A stretch of DNA of 63,925 bases, counting the filler. It is 5 parts of 5 records of this genome, joined end to end, with 100 filler letters (N's around TTAATTAATTAA, not from the genome) between each part and the next. Parts side by side here need not be neighbours in the genome. Positions count along the whole stretch, not along the records: positions 5,934 to 28,032 come from SRR31147125_43376; positions 28,133 to 52,055 come from SRR31147125_43379; 3 more parts are not named here. One strand, given 5' to 3'. Below, one piece after another: positions 20,672 to 31,100 of the stretch. A model generated the notes under the pieces. The model was not told the DNA's origin, ran no database searches, and saw nothing but the letters and a program-made list of their open reading frames with translations. Within the stretch, counting starts at the first letter, position 1. Each line of letters starts with the position of its first letter. The position numbers were made by a program, and so were the translations under genes.

Positions 20672-20897
20672 TCCAACGCGAGTCCCTCGCTGCTGAAACA
20701 ACGGGATTCTGTTTACCGCTTGTAAAGCGGATCGAGTTTGTAGTACGCTTCGTGCTGGGAGGCCTTACCCTGTCATCCCAAGCTGGCGGAATCAACGAGA
20801 GGTGTTTGGTTCCGCCCATGTTATTTTTACATTATCCGAGTCGGACGGAGCAGCGCGCACGAAACCGGCAATCGAGAAATTATCAATGAGGTAACGA

Positions 20898-23627
20898 ATG
20901 AGCGACAAAAAATGGGTGTATCTGTTCGAAGAGTTGGATGCTGCCGAGGCGTATGTCGGCGGTGACTGGGAAGACATCCGCGGGCTGTTTGGCGGGAAAG
21001 GGGCCAACCTTGCGGAGATGATCCGCATCGGCGTTCCGGTTCCTCCCGGTTTTACGGTGACCACGGAGGCATGCAACGGCTATCTCGAGGCAGGCGGCAT
21101 ATTTCCCGACGGTATGTGGGACCAGGCACTGCATGCGCTGCTGGCGGTTGAAGAGAAGATCGGGAAAACCCTCGGCGATCCCGACCGGCCGCTGCTCGTT
21201 TCGTGCCGTTCCGGTGCCAAGTTTTCCATGCCGGGCATGATGGACACGGTCCTCAATATCGGCCTCAACGACGAGACCGCGGAAGGAATGGTCAAACTCA
21301 CCGGCGACGCCCGCTTTGTCTACGATGCCTATCGCCGGCTCATCCAGATGTTCGGTTCGGTGGTCATGGGCGTCCCTGACGACGTATTCGAACACGTGAT
21401 CGAGGCGACACGCAAACGCGTGGGAGTCGACCAGGATACCGACTTGAATGCCGAACACTGGCAGGAGGTGACCACCAAGTTCAAAACCATTTTCCGCTCA
21501 CATACCCAGGTGGATTTCCCGCAGGACCCGGTCGAACAGCTCCACATGGCAACCGAGGCGGTATTCAAGAGCTGGAACGGGAAGCGCGCGGTCGATTACC
21601 GGAACGCGGCGAACATCGCCCACGACCTCGGCACCGCCGTCAACATCCAGACCATGGTGTTCGGCAACATGGGTAATGACTGCTCAACCGGTGTGGCTAT
21701 GACCCGGCACGGTTCGACCGGCGAACCGGGCCTGGAGGGCGACTTTCTGATCAACGCCCAGGGCGAGGACGTCGTGGCCGGTACCCGTATCACCCAGAGA
21801 ATCGAGGAAATGGAAACCTCGTTCCCGCAGGCCTTCAATGAATTGAAGACGATCGCGGTAAATCTCGAGCAGCACTACCGCGAGATGCAGGACATGGAGT
21901 TCACTGTCGAGCGTGACAAGCTGTGGATGCTGCAGACCCGTGACGGTAAGCGAACGGCCCAGGCGGCTGTGCGCATCGCGGTTGATATGGTTGACGAGGG
22001 CTTGATTTCAAAGGAAGAGGCGGTGACACGGATTACCCCGGAGAACATCGATTTCTTCCTGCATCCCCAGTTCGACCCGAGAGGACTCGAAGTCGCACGG
22101 GACGAAGGCCGTATGGTGGCTGAAGGGCTCAATGTATCTCCGGGTGCCGCCTGCGGTATCGTGGTCTTCGACGCCGACCACGCCGAGACCTGGGCGAAGG
22201 ACGAGGGCAAGCAGGTGATCATGGTCCGGCCGGAGACCAAACCGGACGACGTGCACGGGATGCTGGCGGCCGAGGGCGTACTCACCAGCCGCGGCGGCCG
22301 CACGAGCCATGCGGCCCTGGTGGCGCGTCAGTTCGGCAAGCCCGCCGTCGTCGGCGTGACGAATCTCGACATCGACCTCATCGGCCGGGTCATGACGGTC
22401 GGCGATGAAGTGATCCGGGAAGGTGACGTGATCTCCATCGACGGCAACACCGGCGAGGTATTTCTCGGTGAGCTGCTGAAGATGGTCCCCGACATCAAGG
22501 ACCCGTGGCTGCTCAAGCTGCTCTCCTGGGCCGACGAGTACCGGACGCTCGGCGTCTGGGCCAACGCGGACTACCCGGACGATGCATCGCGTGCCCGGGA
22601 GTACGGAGCCGAAGGTATCGGACTGTGCCGCTCCGAACACATGTTCTTCGAGACGGACCGGCTGCCGCTCTTCCAGAAGATGATCATGGCCGACCTCGCC
22701 GCCGACCAGCGCGATGCACTCGACGAGCTGCTCGAGTTCCAGCGTGACGATTTCGCCGGTCTGTTCCGGGTCATGGCCGGCCTGCCCGTCATCATCCGGC
22801 TCATCGACCCGCCGCTGCACGAGTTCCTTCCGGACGTGATGGAGCTGATGGTGGAACTCTCCGACATGAAGCTGCGGATTCGCGATACATCAACCCTCAC
22901 CCAGATTGACGAGCTGCTCACCCAGATCAAGGTCAAGGAAGGCATCCGCGAACGCGCCTCCAAGCTCCAGGAACAGAACCCGATGCTCGGCATGCGCGGC
23001 GTCCGGCTCGGCATCCACATCCCGGATCTCACCAAGATGCAGGTGCGGGCGATCTTCGAGGCGGCCTGCCTGGTGACCAGAGAGGGACACACGGTACTGC
23101 CGAAGATCATGATCCCGCTGGTCTCCCACGCCAACGAGCTGAAAATACAGCTCTCAACCCTGGAGAAGGAAGCCCGGGCGGTCATGGATGAACAGAATGT
23201 CGAGGTCGAGTACAAATTCGGAACCATGATCGAGCTGCCGCGGGCGGCGCTCACCGCCGACCAGGTGGCCGAGTACGCCCAGTTCTTCTCGTTCGGAACC
23301 AACGACCTGACCCAGACCACCTACGGTATCTCCCGCGACGACGCGGAGTCCGGGTTCCTCGTCGAATATGTCGGCAAATCGATCCTGCCGGACAACCCGT
23401 TCTCCACCCTCGACACAGACGGTGTCGGCAGCCTGCTGGAGATCGGCATCGAAAAGGGACGCGGTACACGCCCCGACCTCGAGTGCGGTATCTGCGGTGA
23501 ACACGGTGGCGATCCTCAGTCGATCGCCTTCTGTCATAAACTGGGGATGTCCTATGTCTCCTGCTCACCCTTCAGGGTACCGATCGCGCGACTGGCGGCT
23601 GCTCACGCGGCGCTGAACGAACGCTAA
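20898..23627 (+). CDS. ppdK: Pyruvate, phosphate dikinase
   Basis: GGKGANLAEM, RSGAKFSMPGMMDTVLN, NAQGEDVVAG, GGRTSHAA (phospho-His), SFGTNDLTQ, GICGEHGG and SCSPFRVP. Confidence 0.97.
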   Translation: MSDKKWVYLFEELDAAEAYVGGDWEDIRGLFGGKGANLAEMIRIGVPVPPGFTVTTEACNGYLEAGGIFPDGMWDQALHALLAVEEKIGKTLGDPDRPLLVSCRSGAKFSMPGMMDTVLNIGLNDETAEGMVKLTGDARFVYDAYRRLIQMFGSVVMGVPDDVFEHVIEATRKRVGVDQDTDLNAEHWQEVTTKFKTIFRSHTQVDFPQDPVEQLHMATEAVFKSWNGKRAVDYRNAANIAHDLGTAVNIQTMVFGNMGNDCSTGVAMTRHGSTGEPGLEGDFLINAQGEDVVAGTRITQRIEEMETSFPQAFNELKTIAVNLEQHYREMQDMEFTVERDKLWMLQTRDGKRTAQAAVRIAVDMVDEGLISKEEAVTRITPENIDFFLHPQFDPRGLEVARDEGRMVAEGLNVSPGAACGIVVFDADHAETWAKDEGKQVIMVRPETKPDDVHGMLAAEGVLTSRGGRTSHAALVARQFGKPAVVGVTNLDIDLIGRVMTVGDEVIREGDVISIDGNTGEVFLGELLKMVPDIKDPWLLKLLSWADEYRTLGVWANADYPDDASRAREYGAEGIGLCRSEHMFFETDRLPLFQKMIMADLAADQRDALDELLEFQRDDFAGLFRVMAGLPVIIRLIDPPLHEFLPDVMELMVELSDMKLRIRDTSTLTQIDELLTQIKVKEGIRERASKLQEQNPMLGMRGVRLGIHIPDLTKMQVRAIFEAACLVTREGHTVLPKIMIPLVSHANELKIQLSTLEKEARAVMDEQNVEVEYKFGTMIELPRAALTADQVAEYAQFFSFGTNDLTQTTYGISRDDAESGFLVEYVGKSILPDNPFSTLDTDGVGSLLEIGIEKGRGTRPDLECGICGEHGGDPQSIAFCHKLGMSYVSCSPFRVPIARLAAAHAALNER

Positions 23628-23638
23628 GCTCGGCAGAC

Positions 23639-23670
23639 AGGCCGGCCCCTCCATTTCGCGGGGCCGGCCT
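23639..23670 (+). terminator. GC-rich hairpin after ppdK
   Basis: AGGCCGGCCCC-N10-GGGGCCGGCCT followed by a pyrimidine-rich, weak U tract. Confidence 0.5.
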
Positions 23671-23799
23671 CTTCCCCTTATCTTCCGCCCGGCGCAGCTC
23701 TCTCTACCGGATTTCACCCCTATTCAAACCACTTTTCCCATTTCGTGCTTATCGTCTGCGAGCAGATAGAATCAGCGACAATTCCTGAAAAGGAGCATA

Positions 23800-24486
23800 A
23801 TGGCATCACCGATCCTGAGAGCCGAGAACATATCCAAGACCTATACCATCGGGGAGCGGTCCGCCGTGATCCTCGACGATATCAGCCTGACCCTTGATAC
23901 GGGGGCGTTCACGGTGTTGTCCGGATCCAGCGGCAGCGGCAAGACCACGCTGCTCACGATCCTCTCCGGGCTGGACAAACCCACCCGCGGGAACGTATGG
24001 CTGGCCGACCAGGAGATCACCGTACTGGACGAGAACGGTCTCGCGCCGCTCCGCAACCGGCTGATCGGCTTCGTCTTCCAGGCCTTCCACCTGGTTCCCT
24101 CACTCACCTCTCTGGAAAACGTGATGTTTCCGGCAGAACTCAACCGGGACCGCCGGGCACGTGACAAGGCAGCGGAACTGCTGAACCGCGTCGGCCTGTG
24201 GGAGCGCCGCCACAACCGCCCGGAACAGCTCTCCGGCGGCGAGAAGCAGCGCGTGGCGATATGCCGCGCACTGATTAACAAGCCACAGCTGGTATTCGCC
24301 GATGAGCCGACCGGCAACCTCGATTCTGAAAACAGCCGGGACGTGGTCGAGCTGCTAGTCGAGCTGCAGCGAGAGTACTCCACGACGCTGCTGATGGCCA
24401 CGCACAGCCGCGAGATCGCAGATTCCGCGGACCGCATCCTGCAGCTTCACGACGGCCGTATGGTACAGGGCGACAGCCGGCCATGA
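23800..24486 (+). CDS. ABC transporter ATP-binding protein (YbbA/LolD-like)
   Basis: GSSGSGKT, LSGGEKQR, FADEPTGNLD and ATH motifs. Confidence 0.93.
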   Translation: MASPILRAENISKTYTIGERSAVILDDISLTLDTGAFTVLSGSSGSGKTTLLTILSGLDKPTRGNVWLADQEITVLDENGLAPLRNRLIGFVFQAFHLVPSLTSLENVMFPAELNRDRRARDKAAELLNRVGLWERRHNRPEQLSGGEKQRVAICRALINKPQLVFADEPTGNLDSENSRDVVELLVELQREYSTTLLMATHSREIADSADRILQLHDGRMVQGDSRP

Positions 24487-26993
24487 TCATCCATTTCCGC
24501 TTCCTCATCGAAGAGCTCCGCCACGGAGGCACCCAGGCGGTCATGTTCGCGATCTGCGTGGCACTCTCCATCGCGACGCTGACCGCACTCAACAGTTTCC
24601 GACGGGACGTGCATGGAACGCTGATCAACGAGGCCCGCGCACTGCAGGGCGGCGACATCATCGTCAGTTCCCGGCAACCGATTTCGCAAGAGTTGCAGAA
24701 CGCGATCGACAAGCTGGTCCTCGACGAGCGGATAGCCGTGCAGAACACCCACGGATTCAACACGGTCGCGAGATCAGAACAATCGCAGCGCTCCCTCCTG
24801 GCAAGCATCAAAGGCGTTGAAACCGGGTACCCGTTTTTCGGGGAGGTGACGCTCGAATCGGGACGGGATTTCGGCGAGACCCTCGCACCCGGCAGTGTCG
24901 TTGTAGCTCCCGAGGTACTCGACCGGCTCGACGTGGCGGTGGGGGGAGAGATCATCATCGGAACGCTGACGTTCGAAGTCGGCGGCGTCGTGGCATTCGA
25001 GTCGATGCGGCCGGTCTCGTTTCTCTCCTTCGGTCCGCGCATCTTCCTGGAGCTCGAAGATGTCGACGCTCTCGGCCTCACGGGCCGCGGCAGCCGGGCC
25101 AGGTTCGAAACACTGATTAAAGCCGCTGACCCGTCCGAGGCAGCAGAGCTGGCCACGTTGCTGAACACGCATACCGAACCGAAGGTGGAGCGAGTCGAAA
25201 CGGCGGCTGAATCCCGTTCCCGGGTCAAGGTCTTCTTCGACAACATGCTCTTTTTCCTCTCCTGCATCTCGATTCTGACCCTGCTGCTGTGCGGCATCGG
25301 TATGCAGGGCGCGCTGTCCGCCATCCTGCTGCAGAAGCGGAAAACCATCGCCGCCGTCAAGTCGGTGGGCGCTGCCAACCGGTTTCTGGTCAGGCAGTAC
25401 CTCGCCATGGTTCTGTTCATGGGGGGCTGCGGAAGCCTGCTTGGCGTCGGCCTGGGTTATATAATCAAGCGATTTCTCCCGCCGGTTTTCAGGGATCTCG
25501 TCCCGGCCGACATCGGCTATTCGTTCCACTTCACCGACACGCTTGAAGGGGTTATCCTGGGAATGCTGGTCGTCTGCGTGTTCACGATCCTGCCGCTCTA
25601 CCGTCTCGGCGAGATAAAACCGGTGATGATCTTCAGGCACGAGACAACCACGTCTCGCGGGAGCAGGAGAGCATCGCTGCTCACCGGACTGGTCGGCGCC
25701 TGCTTCCTGCTGGTGCTCGTCGTACGCCAGCTCGACGATATAAAAACCGGCATCTATTTCGTTCTCGGCCTGATCGCGCTGATCGGGGTTACCACGCTGA
25801 TCACGCAGCTCGGCCTGAGACTGCTCAAACGCACCGCTCTTCCAACACTCGCACTGCGCCAGGCCGCAAAAAGCCTGTATCGCCCCGGTAACGCGACCCG
25901 CTCGATCGTCACCACCCTGACCTCGGCAATCACCGTCCTGCTCGCGATCTACCTGCTGAAACTCAACCTGTTCGCCTCCTACATCGAATCCTACCCGACA
26001 GACGCGCCCAACCTCTTCTGCATCGATATCCAGAAGGGGCAGGAAGCGCTCTTCGAGTCGGTGGTCGGCGAACCGGTCACGCTCTTTCCGGTGATCCGCG
26101 CGCGGCTGTTGTCGATCAACGCTGAACCGATCGATCAGGAGGTGGAACGCAAACGCAGGAGTGACAACCTCGGTCGCGAGTTCAACCTTACCTATCGCGA
26201 CACCCTGCTCGACGACGAGATCATTGCAACCGGTGACACGCTTTTCGGCTCCGCCCCGCTGCCGCAGGGTGTGGTTGCCGTTTCGGTGCTCGACTATATC
26301 GCCGGGATCGGCGATATCTCACTCAACGACCAGCTGCGTTTCACTATCCAGGGGGTGGAGATAGATGCACAGGTGACGAGCATCAGGACGCGGACCAAGT
26401 CGCGCCTCTATCCTTTTTTCTATTTCGTTTTCGAACCCCCTACCCTCGAACCTGCTCCCCAGACATTTTTCGCGGCTCTTCATCTTCCGCGGGACCGGAT
26501 CGCGCCGACGATGACCGACGTCGTCCGCGAACTGCCCAACATATCGGCAATCAACGTCGCGCAGATGACGGAGAGGCTCGGGCGGCTGATGGAGCGGCTG
26601 TCGATGATCGTTACCTTCTTCGCGGCCTTTTCGATCGCGGCCGGCTGCCTCATTCTGGTCAGTTCCATCTTCGCGACCCGGCTCGACCGCATCCGGGAGA
26701 CCGTCTATTACAAGGTGCTCGGCGCAAACAGCGGTTTCGTGATGCGGGTCCTCACCTGGGAGCACACCATCCTGGCACTCCTGAGTTCGATCATCGCGAC
26801 CGGATTCGCCGAACTCGCGGCCTGGCTGATCTGCACGAACGTGTTCGAGATCGTCTACCGCCCGTACCTCCCGGTTACCCTGCTCACGATGCTGTTGTCG
26901 GTGCTCCTCGTTGCAACGGTCGGCATCATCAGCTCGGCGGGTATCATCAGGCAGAAGCCGGCCGCCTTCCTGCAACAACAGAACGGGGTATGA
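24483..26993 (+). CDS. ABC transporter permease (YbbP-like, duplicated FtsX/MacB)
   Basis: ATGA overlap with the ATPase gene. Contains LQGGD, GYPFFG, APNLFCIDIQ and REFNLTY, with two TM clusters. Confidence 0.9.
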   Translation: MIIHFRFLIEELRHGGTQAVMFAICVALSIATLTALNSFRRDVHGTLINEARALQGGDIIVSSRQPISQELQNAIDKLVLDERIAVQNTHGFNTVARSEQSQRSLLASIKGVETGYPFFGEVTLESGRDFGETLAPGSVVVAPEVLDRLDVAVGGEIIIGTLTFEVGGVVAFESMRPVSFLSFGPRIFLELEDVDALGLTGRGSRARFETLIKAADPSEAAELATLLNTHTEPKVERVETAAESRSRVKVFFDNMLFFLSCISILTLLLCGIGMQGALSAILLQKRKTIAAVKSVGAANRFLVRQYLAMVLFMGGCGSLLGVGLGYIIKRFLPPVFRDLVPADIGYSFHFTDTLEGVILGMLVVCVFTILPLYRLGEIKPVMIFRHETTTSRGSRRASLLTGLVGACFLLVLVVRQLDDIKTGIYFVLGLIALIGVTTLITQLGLRLLKRTALPTLALRQAAKSLYRPGNATRSIVTTLTSAITVLLAIYLLKLNLFASYIESYPTDAPNLFCIDIQKGQEALFESVVGEPVTLFPVIRARLLSINAEPIDQEVERKRRSDNLGREFNLTYRDTLLDDEIIATGDTLFGSAPLPQGVVAVSVLDYIAGIGDISLNDQLRFTIQGVEIDAQVTSIRTRTKSRLYPFFYFVFEPPTLEPAPQTFFAALHLPRDRIAPTMTDVVRELPNISAINVAQMTERLGRLMERLSMIVTFFAAFSIAAGCLILVSSIFATRLDRIRETVYYKVLGANSGFVMRVLTWEHTILALLSSIIATGFAELAAWLICTNVFEIVYRPYLPVTLLTMLLSVLLVATVGIISSAGIIRQKPAAFLQQQNGV

Positions 26994-26997
26994 GGGC

Positions 26998-27756
26998 ATG
27001 AGGAAACAGGGTATGGGCGCAGCGCATCGATTTGGCAGCAGAACAGACACAGCAGGCACGTTAATCCGGTCGGCCGCACTCCTGCTTGGAATGCTGATCC
27101 TCACACTCGTTTCGGCGTGCGATTCTCCCCAACCCCGGCAGGCGGAGACGGAAAAGCAGGAGGCTGCGACGCCCCAGCCAATTCATTCAGACCAGCCCGG
27201 AAAGATCATCGTTGCGATGGGGGACAGCCTCACCGCTGGTCTCGGCCTGCCGGAGTCGGAATCCTACCCGACCCTGCTCGAGAGACTGCTCGCCGACAGA
27301 GGGCACTCTTATCGGGTAGTAAACGCAGGAATCAGCGGTGAGACCAGCAGCGGCGCCCGGGCGCGCGTCAACTGGATATTGAAACTCGAGCCCGAGATCG
27401 TCATCCTCGAGACCGGCGCCAACGACGGTCTGCGAGGGATCGACCCTGAGCTGGTCGAACAAAACATCGATGCGATCATCGCCAAGTTCACACAGGAAGG
27501 CGTAACGGTGGTCCTGGCCGGTATGCAGATGGTGACCAACCTCGGCCCGGACTATGTGTCCGCGTTCAACCGGATCTACCCGGAACTCGCGAAACGGCAC
27601 CACATCGTGTTCATACCATTCTTTCTTGAAGGAGTGGCCACTGAAGCCTCCCTGAACCAGGAGGACGGAATACACCCCAACGCCGGGGGGTACGAAGTCA
27701 TCGCGGCGAACCTGCTGCCGTATGTCGTGGAAGCGATTGCCAAACGCACGCCCTGA
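26998..27756 (+). CDS. tesA: Arylesterase / acyl-CoA thioesterase I (TesA-like GDSL hydrolase), probable lipoprotein
   Basis: GDSLTAG, NAGISGETS, GANDGLRG and QEDGIHPN motifs; lipobox-like LVSAC. Start is uncertain. Confidence 0.85.
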   Translation: MRKQGMGAAHRFGSRTDTAGTLIRSAALLLGMLILTLVSACDSPQPRQAETEKQEAATPQPIHSDQPGKIIVAMGDSLTAGLGLPESESYPTLLERLLADRGHSYRVVNAGISGETSSGARARVNWILKLEPEIVILETGANDGLRGIDPELVEQNIDAIIAKFTQEGVTVVLAGMQMVTNLGPDYVSAFNRIYPELAKRHHIVFIPFFLEGVATEASLNQEDGIHPNAGGYEVIAANLLPYVVEAIAKRTP

Positions 27757-28032
27757 CCAGCCAGTGCTCCGCCAGAACAGCCCCCCAGTCCTCTCCACTA
27801 ACTGAAGGAACGCGCATCGTTCCCCGCCGTAACCAGCCACCCAGCACTCTCATCTCTGATAGGCGTTTGTTATTCCCGTCTGTTCAATGCCAGCCACTGG
27901 GTCTACTGCGGTATTCTGTTGTGTGGTCTCATCAAGACAAAACTGGATTTAAATACCCCTGATGCTCAGCTTTCAACAGTAACGAACGGGCTGATTCTAT
28001 TTTGCTTGTAACTCGGGGACAGAATGATTTTC

Positions 28033-28132
28033 NNNNNNNNNNNNNNNNNNNNNNNNNNNNNNNNNNNNNNNNNNNNTTAATTAATTAANNNNNNNNNNNN
28101 NNNNNNNNNNNNNNNNNNNNNNNNNNNNNNNN
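28033..28132. other. Artificial contig linker
   Basis: N44-TTAATTAATTAA-N44. Confidence 0.98.
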
Positions 28133-31100
28133 TGGTGCCAGAAGGGTTGCTGGGGCAACTGGACTTGCGTGAGCAGTCACAGATTCCGCGTCAGGAAGAT
28201 TAAGAAGAGTTGCAACATCATTGTCACACTCGACACTCTCGATAGAACGGCGAAGAGTAATCGAAGGCCCCTCTACATTAATGATGACTCCCTTGGTCGT
28301 TGCAGCGGGTACATCAATTTGGATACGCCCGGGAGTGGCCACGAGGTCCGCCGACAGGTTGAAGACATACACATCGAGCGGGTTCCCAAGGTCGGCAACG
28401 CCCAGCACCAGCACCAACGGATCTGTTGAATCGATACGAACATTGGAAGATATCAATTCCGTCGACTTGACAGAAAGATCCTCCAGACGCCTTCGTGTGA
28501 AATCAAAGTCAACAGGCTCCCCGCATAGCACCATTCCGGTATGAAGATTGACAGCACTCCCCACGTTGCAATGCTCGAAGCTGCAATCACCACACACAAT
28601 ATCACCACCGCGTTTGCTTTCACCACTCAGGAACTGGAGCTCGCCCTTCACAACAAGATCATTTCGTCTCCAGTCCTCCTGCACAGTGGGCAGTCCCTCT
28701 GCAATATTCAAACCTTCCTCGAATGTTGCATCTCCTCCAACGGCCATGCGTCCTGCAATCTGACGCAAGCCGTTTACATTCTCAAAGAAGAAGGCATTGA
28801 AAGGCGCAGCATCCCCAAAGTCGAATAATTGTGAGGGAGAGAAGTCAGTAACCAGCGTCGCACAGTGGTCGTCCGTATAGGCAGGGGTACATTGACACTC
28901 ACCGAGGGTCGTACAGACACCATGACCATTGCACGTTTCTGTCGACTCACAGAAGATATCACAGTGCTTCCCATACCAGTGGAGACCACACTGACATCCG
29001 CCAAGCCCGGTGCACTGACCATGACCCGAGCATGTTGTGTCGGCCCTGCAAAAAACGGCACAATCCTCACCATAATAATCGGTTTCACAGGTGCAGGACT
29101 CCATGTCGGTGATCTCTTCACACTCGCGACAATTCTCAGCGCCAATCTGCCAATCGTAACAAACGCTAGATGTTTCTGTGTTTCCTGAGTACAACATGCA
29201 AGATTGAGTGGTATGACACCAGCCACACGAGGGACGCAGGGTGCAATTGTAGCAGTCGTGGAATCCGTAACAGTCAATGTTGCACACGTACTGACCCGGC
29301 AGTGAACGCCAGTCCTCATCGCATATGCAGGTTCCGTTATCGCACATTCCGTGAAGGATGTCTATGCACGCCGTCACGGTACCACCCAGCACGACCGGGT
29401 TCCAGAAGAAGTCGGCTGTGCTCGCATCAATACACGGGGCATCATCCGTGAGCTGTGTGATCACACCGGGTTCCGTTATGGAGAATCGTTGTGTGATGAC
29501 GAAGAGACCGTCAACAATGATGTCGCCACCAGTGCTATCAATTGAATTGATACGGCTTGTAGTGTTCATGGCCATAGCAGCGGGATCCGCCATGATCGTG
29601 AACAGCCCTTCTTCCATTTCGTATGTATTGCACGGTGCGTTGTCCACAACAGCACCAGGCCACATGTTAACAGTAGAGTTCGAGTACTGCACAATGCGTG
29701 AGCGTTCACCGCACGAGAGGTCAAGTGTTCCGTAGAGGTCGACAACGCCTCCGTGCCAATGTACACTGCCCAATCCATCGATGGTACCGTTTATGCTATG
29801 CTCGCCTTCACGGATGATCAACGCTGCTCCCGCTCCCAGTGTTAGAGTGCTGCTGGGCCCAGTGGTTCCGTTCCCGAAGACCTCCAGTACACAGTTGTCT
29901 TCAACGATCAGGTGCCCATTATTCTCCCACGACGGCATCGTAAGTGCATGACTCTCCCCAACGATCATGGTTCCGTCATTGATGAGGACTCCCGAACGAG
30001 TGCCACCATCCTCGAAGGAGAGGAAGTCGCCTCCTGCATTGCGGATTGTAAACGTACCATTATCGGCGTTCTGCAGTACGGTATTGTGACACAGAAGGAG
30101 ATCCCCGTCGTTTATCCACTGCAAATCTCCGTGATTCATGAGCGTCCATCCACAGATGGCACACTCCTCCCCAGAGATCACCAAAGTTGCGTCGTGATTC
30201 ACAGTGATGGTCCCTGAAGTCTCGGCACTGCCCCAAACTCCACCGCTATAGTCTGCCTCGCCCGTGATAACCACATCACCGGTACCCACGAGCAGACCAT
30301 CGGTAGCACTGAAGGAGTGCACGTTGAGTCGTCCGTCCACTGTCACGATGCTGCTATTGCCACCCAAGTAGAAGGTATCTTGTACGCCAACATAGCCAGA
30401 AGTGGAAACCGAAAGCAAACCACCCTGGAAATCAAGATGATCACAGTTGAGAGTTCCGCCCGACGTAACCACGGACAGAGGTGTTGTGGTTTGGAGGTCG
30501 TGAACAGCAGCATGGCCACCCTGCTCCACGATGAGTGTGCCTTGGGTAATCTCAACGGATTGAGAGAAGAGTACGTCTCCGGAAGAAGAGGGCACACGAA
30601 GAGTACCACCGTCGACGATCTCCACGTGGGCAACATCACACTCCACTTGATACGCGTTCAGAACTCCTCCCTCATCAATGAGAACAAGACCGGCACCATT
30701 GATTACAGTATCGCCTTCAAGATCCACGGAGCCCTTCACCTCCACAACGGCATCAGAGGTGGTCAGAGCAATGCTTGCATCACTGAAATGTGTGCTTTGT
30801 TCTCCGTCCAACACCATCGTGCCGGCTACACGAGTTTCTCCCCCTTGGAAGACAAAATCGTCATCGTTCGGGGCAATCACCAGACCTGCGGATGAGGTAA
30901 CCTCCAAGAGACCAGTGCTCACTCCCGAATGCAGCAAGGTAACCGTGGTCCCATTCAACACATTGAGCACTCCTGCATTGGTGATAGAAATGGGAAGATC
31001 CATTTCACCCCCCGCCTCGTTGGCGTCAACAAATTGAAGGGTTCCTTCATTCAAGAAGGTTGCATCCTCGTCCATTACGACAAGAGAAGATGGAGATGCT

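Noticed and set aside
20668-20889. 73-aa ORF between the chimera and ppdK
   Set aside because: It has no motifs or clear RBS and is probably the ppdK promoter region.
27756-28032. Scattered CCAGCCA repeats after the arylesterase gene
   Set aside because: They are too short and irregularly spaced to support a CRISPR or iteron call.
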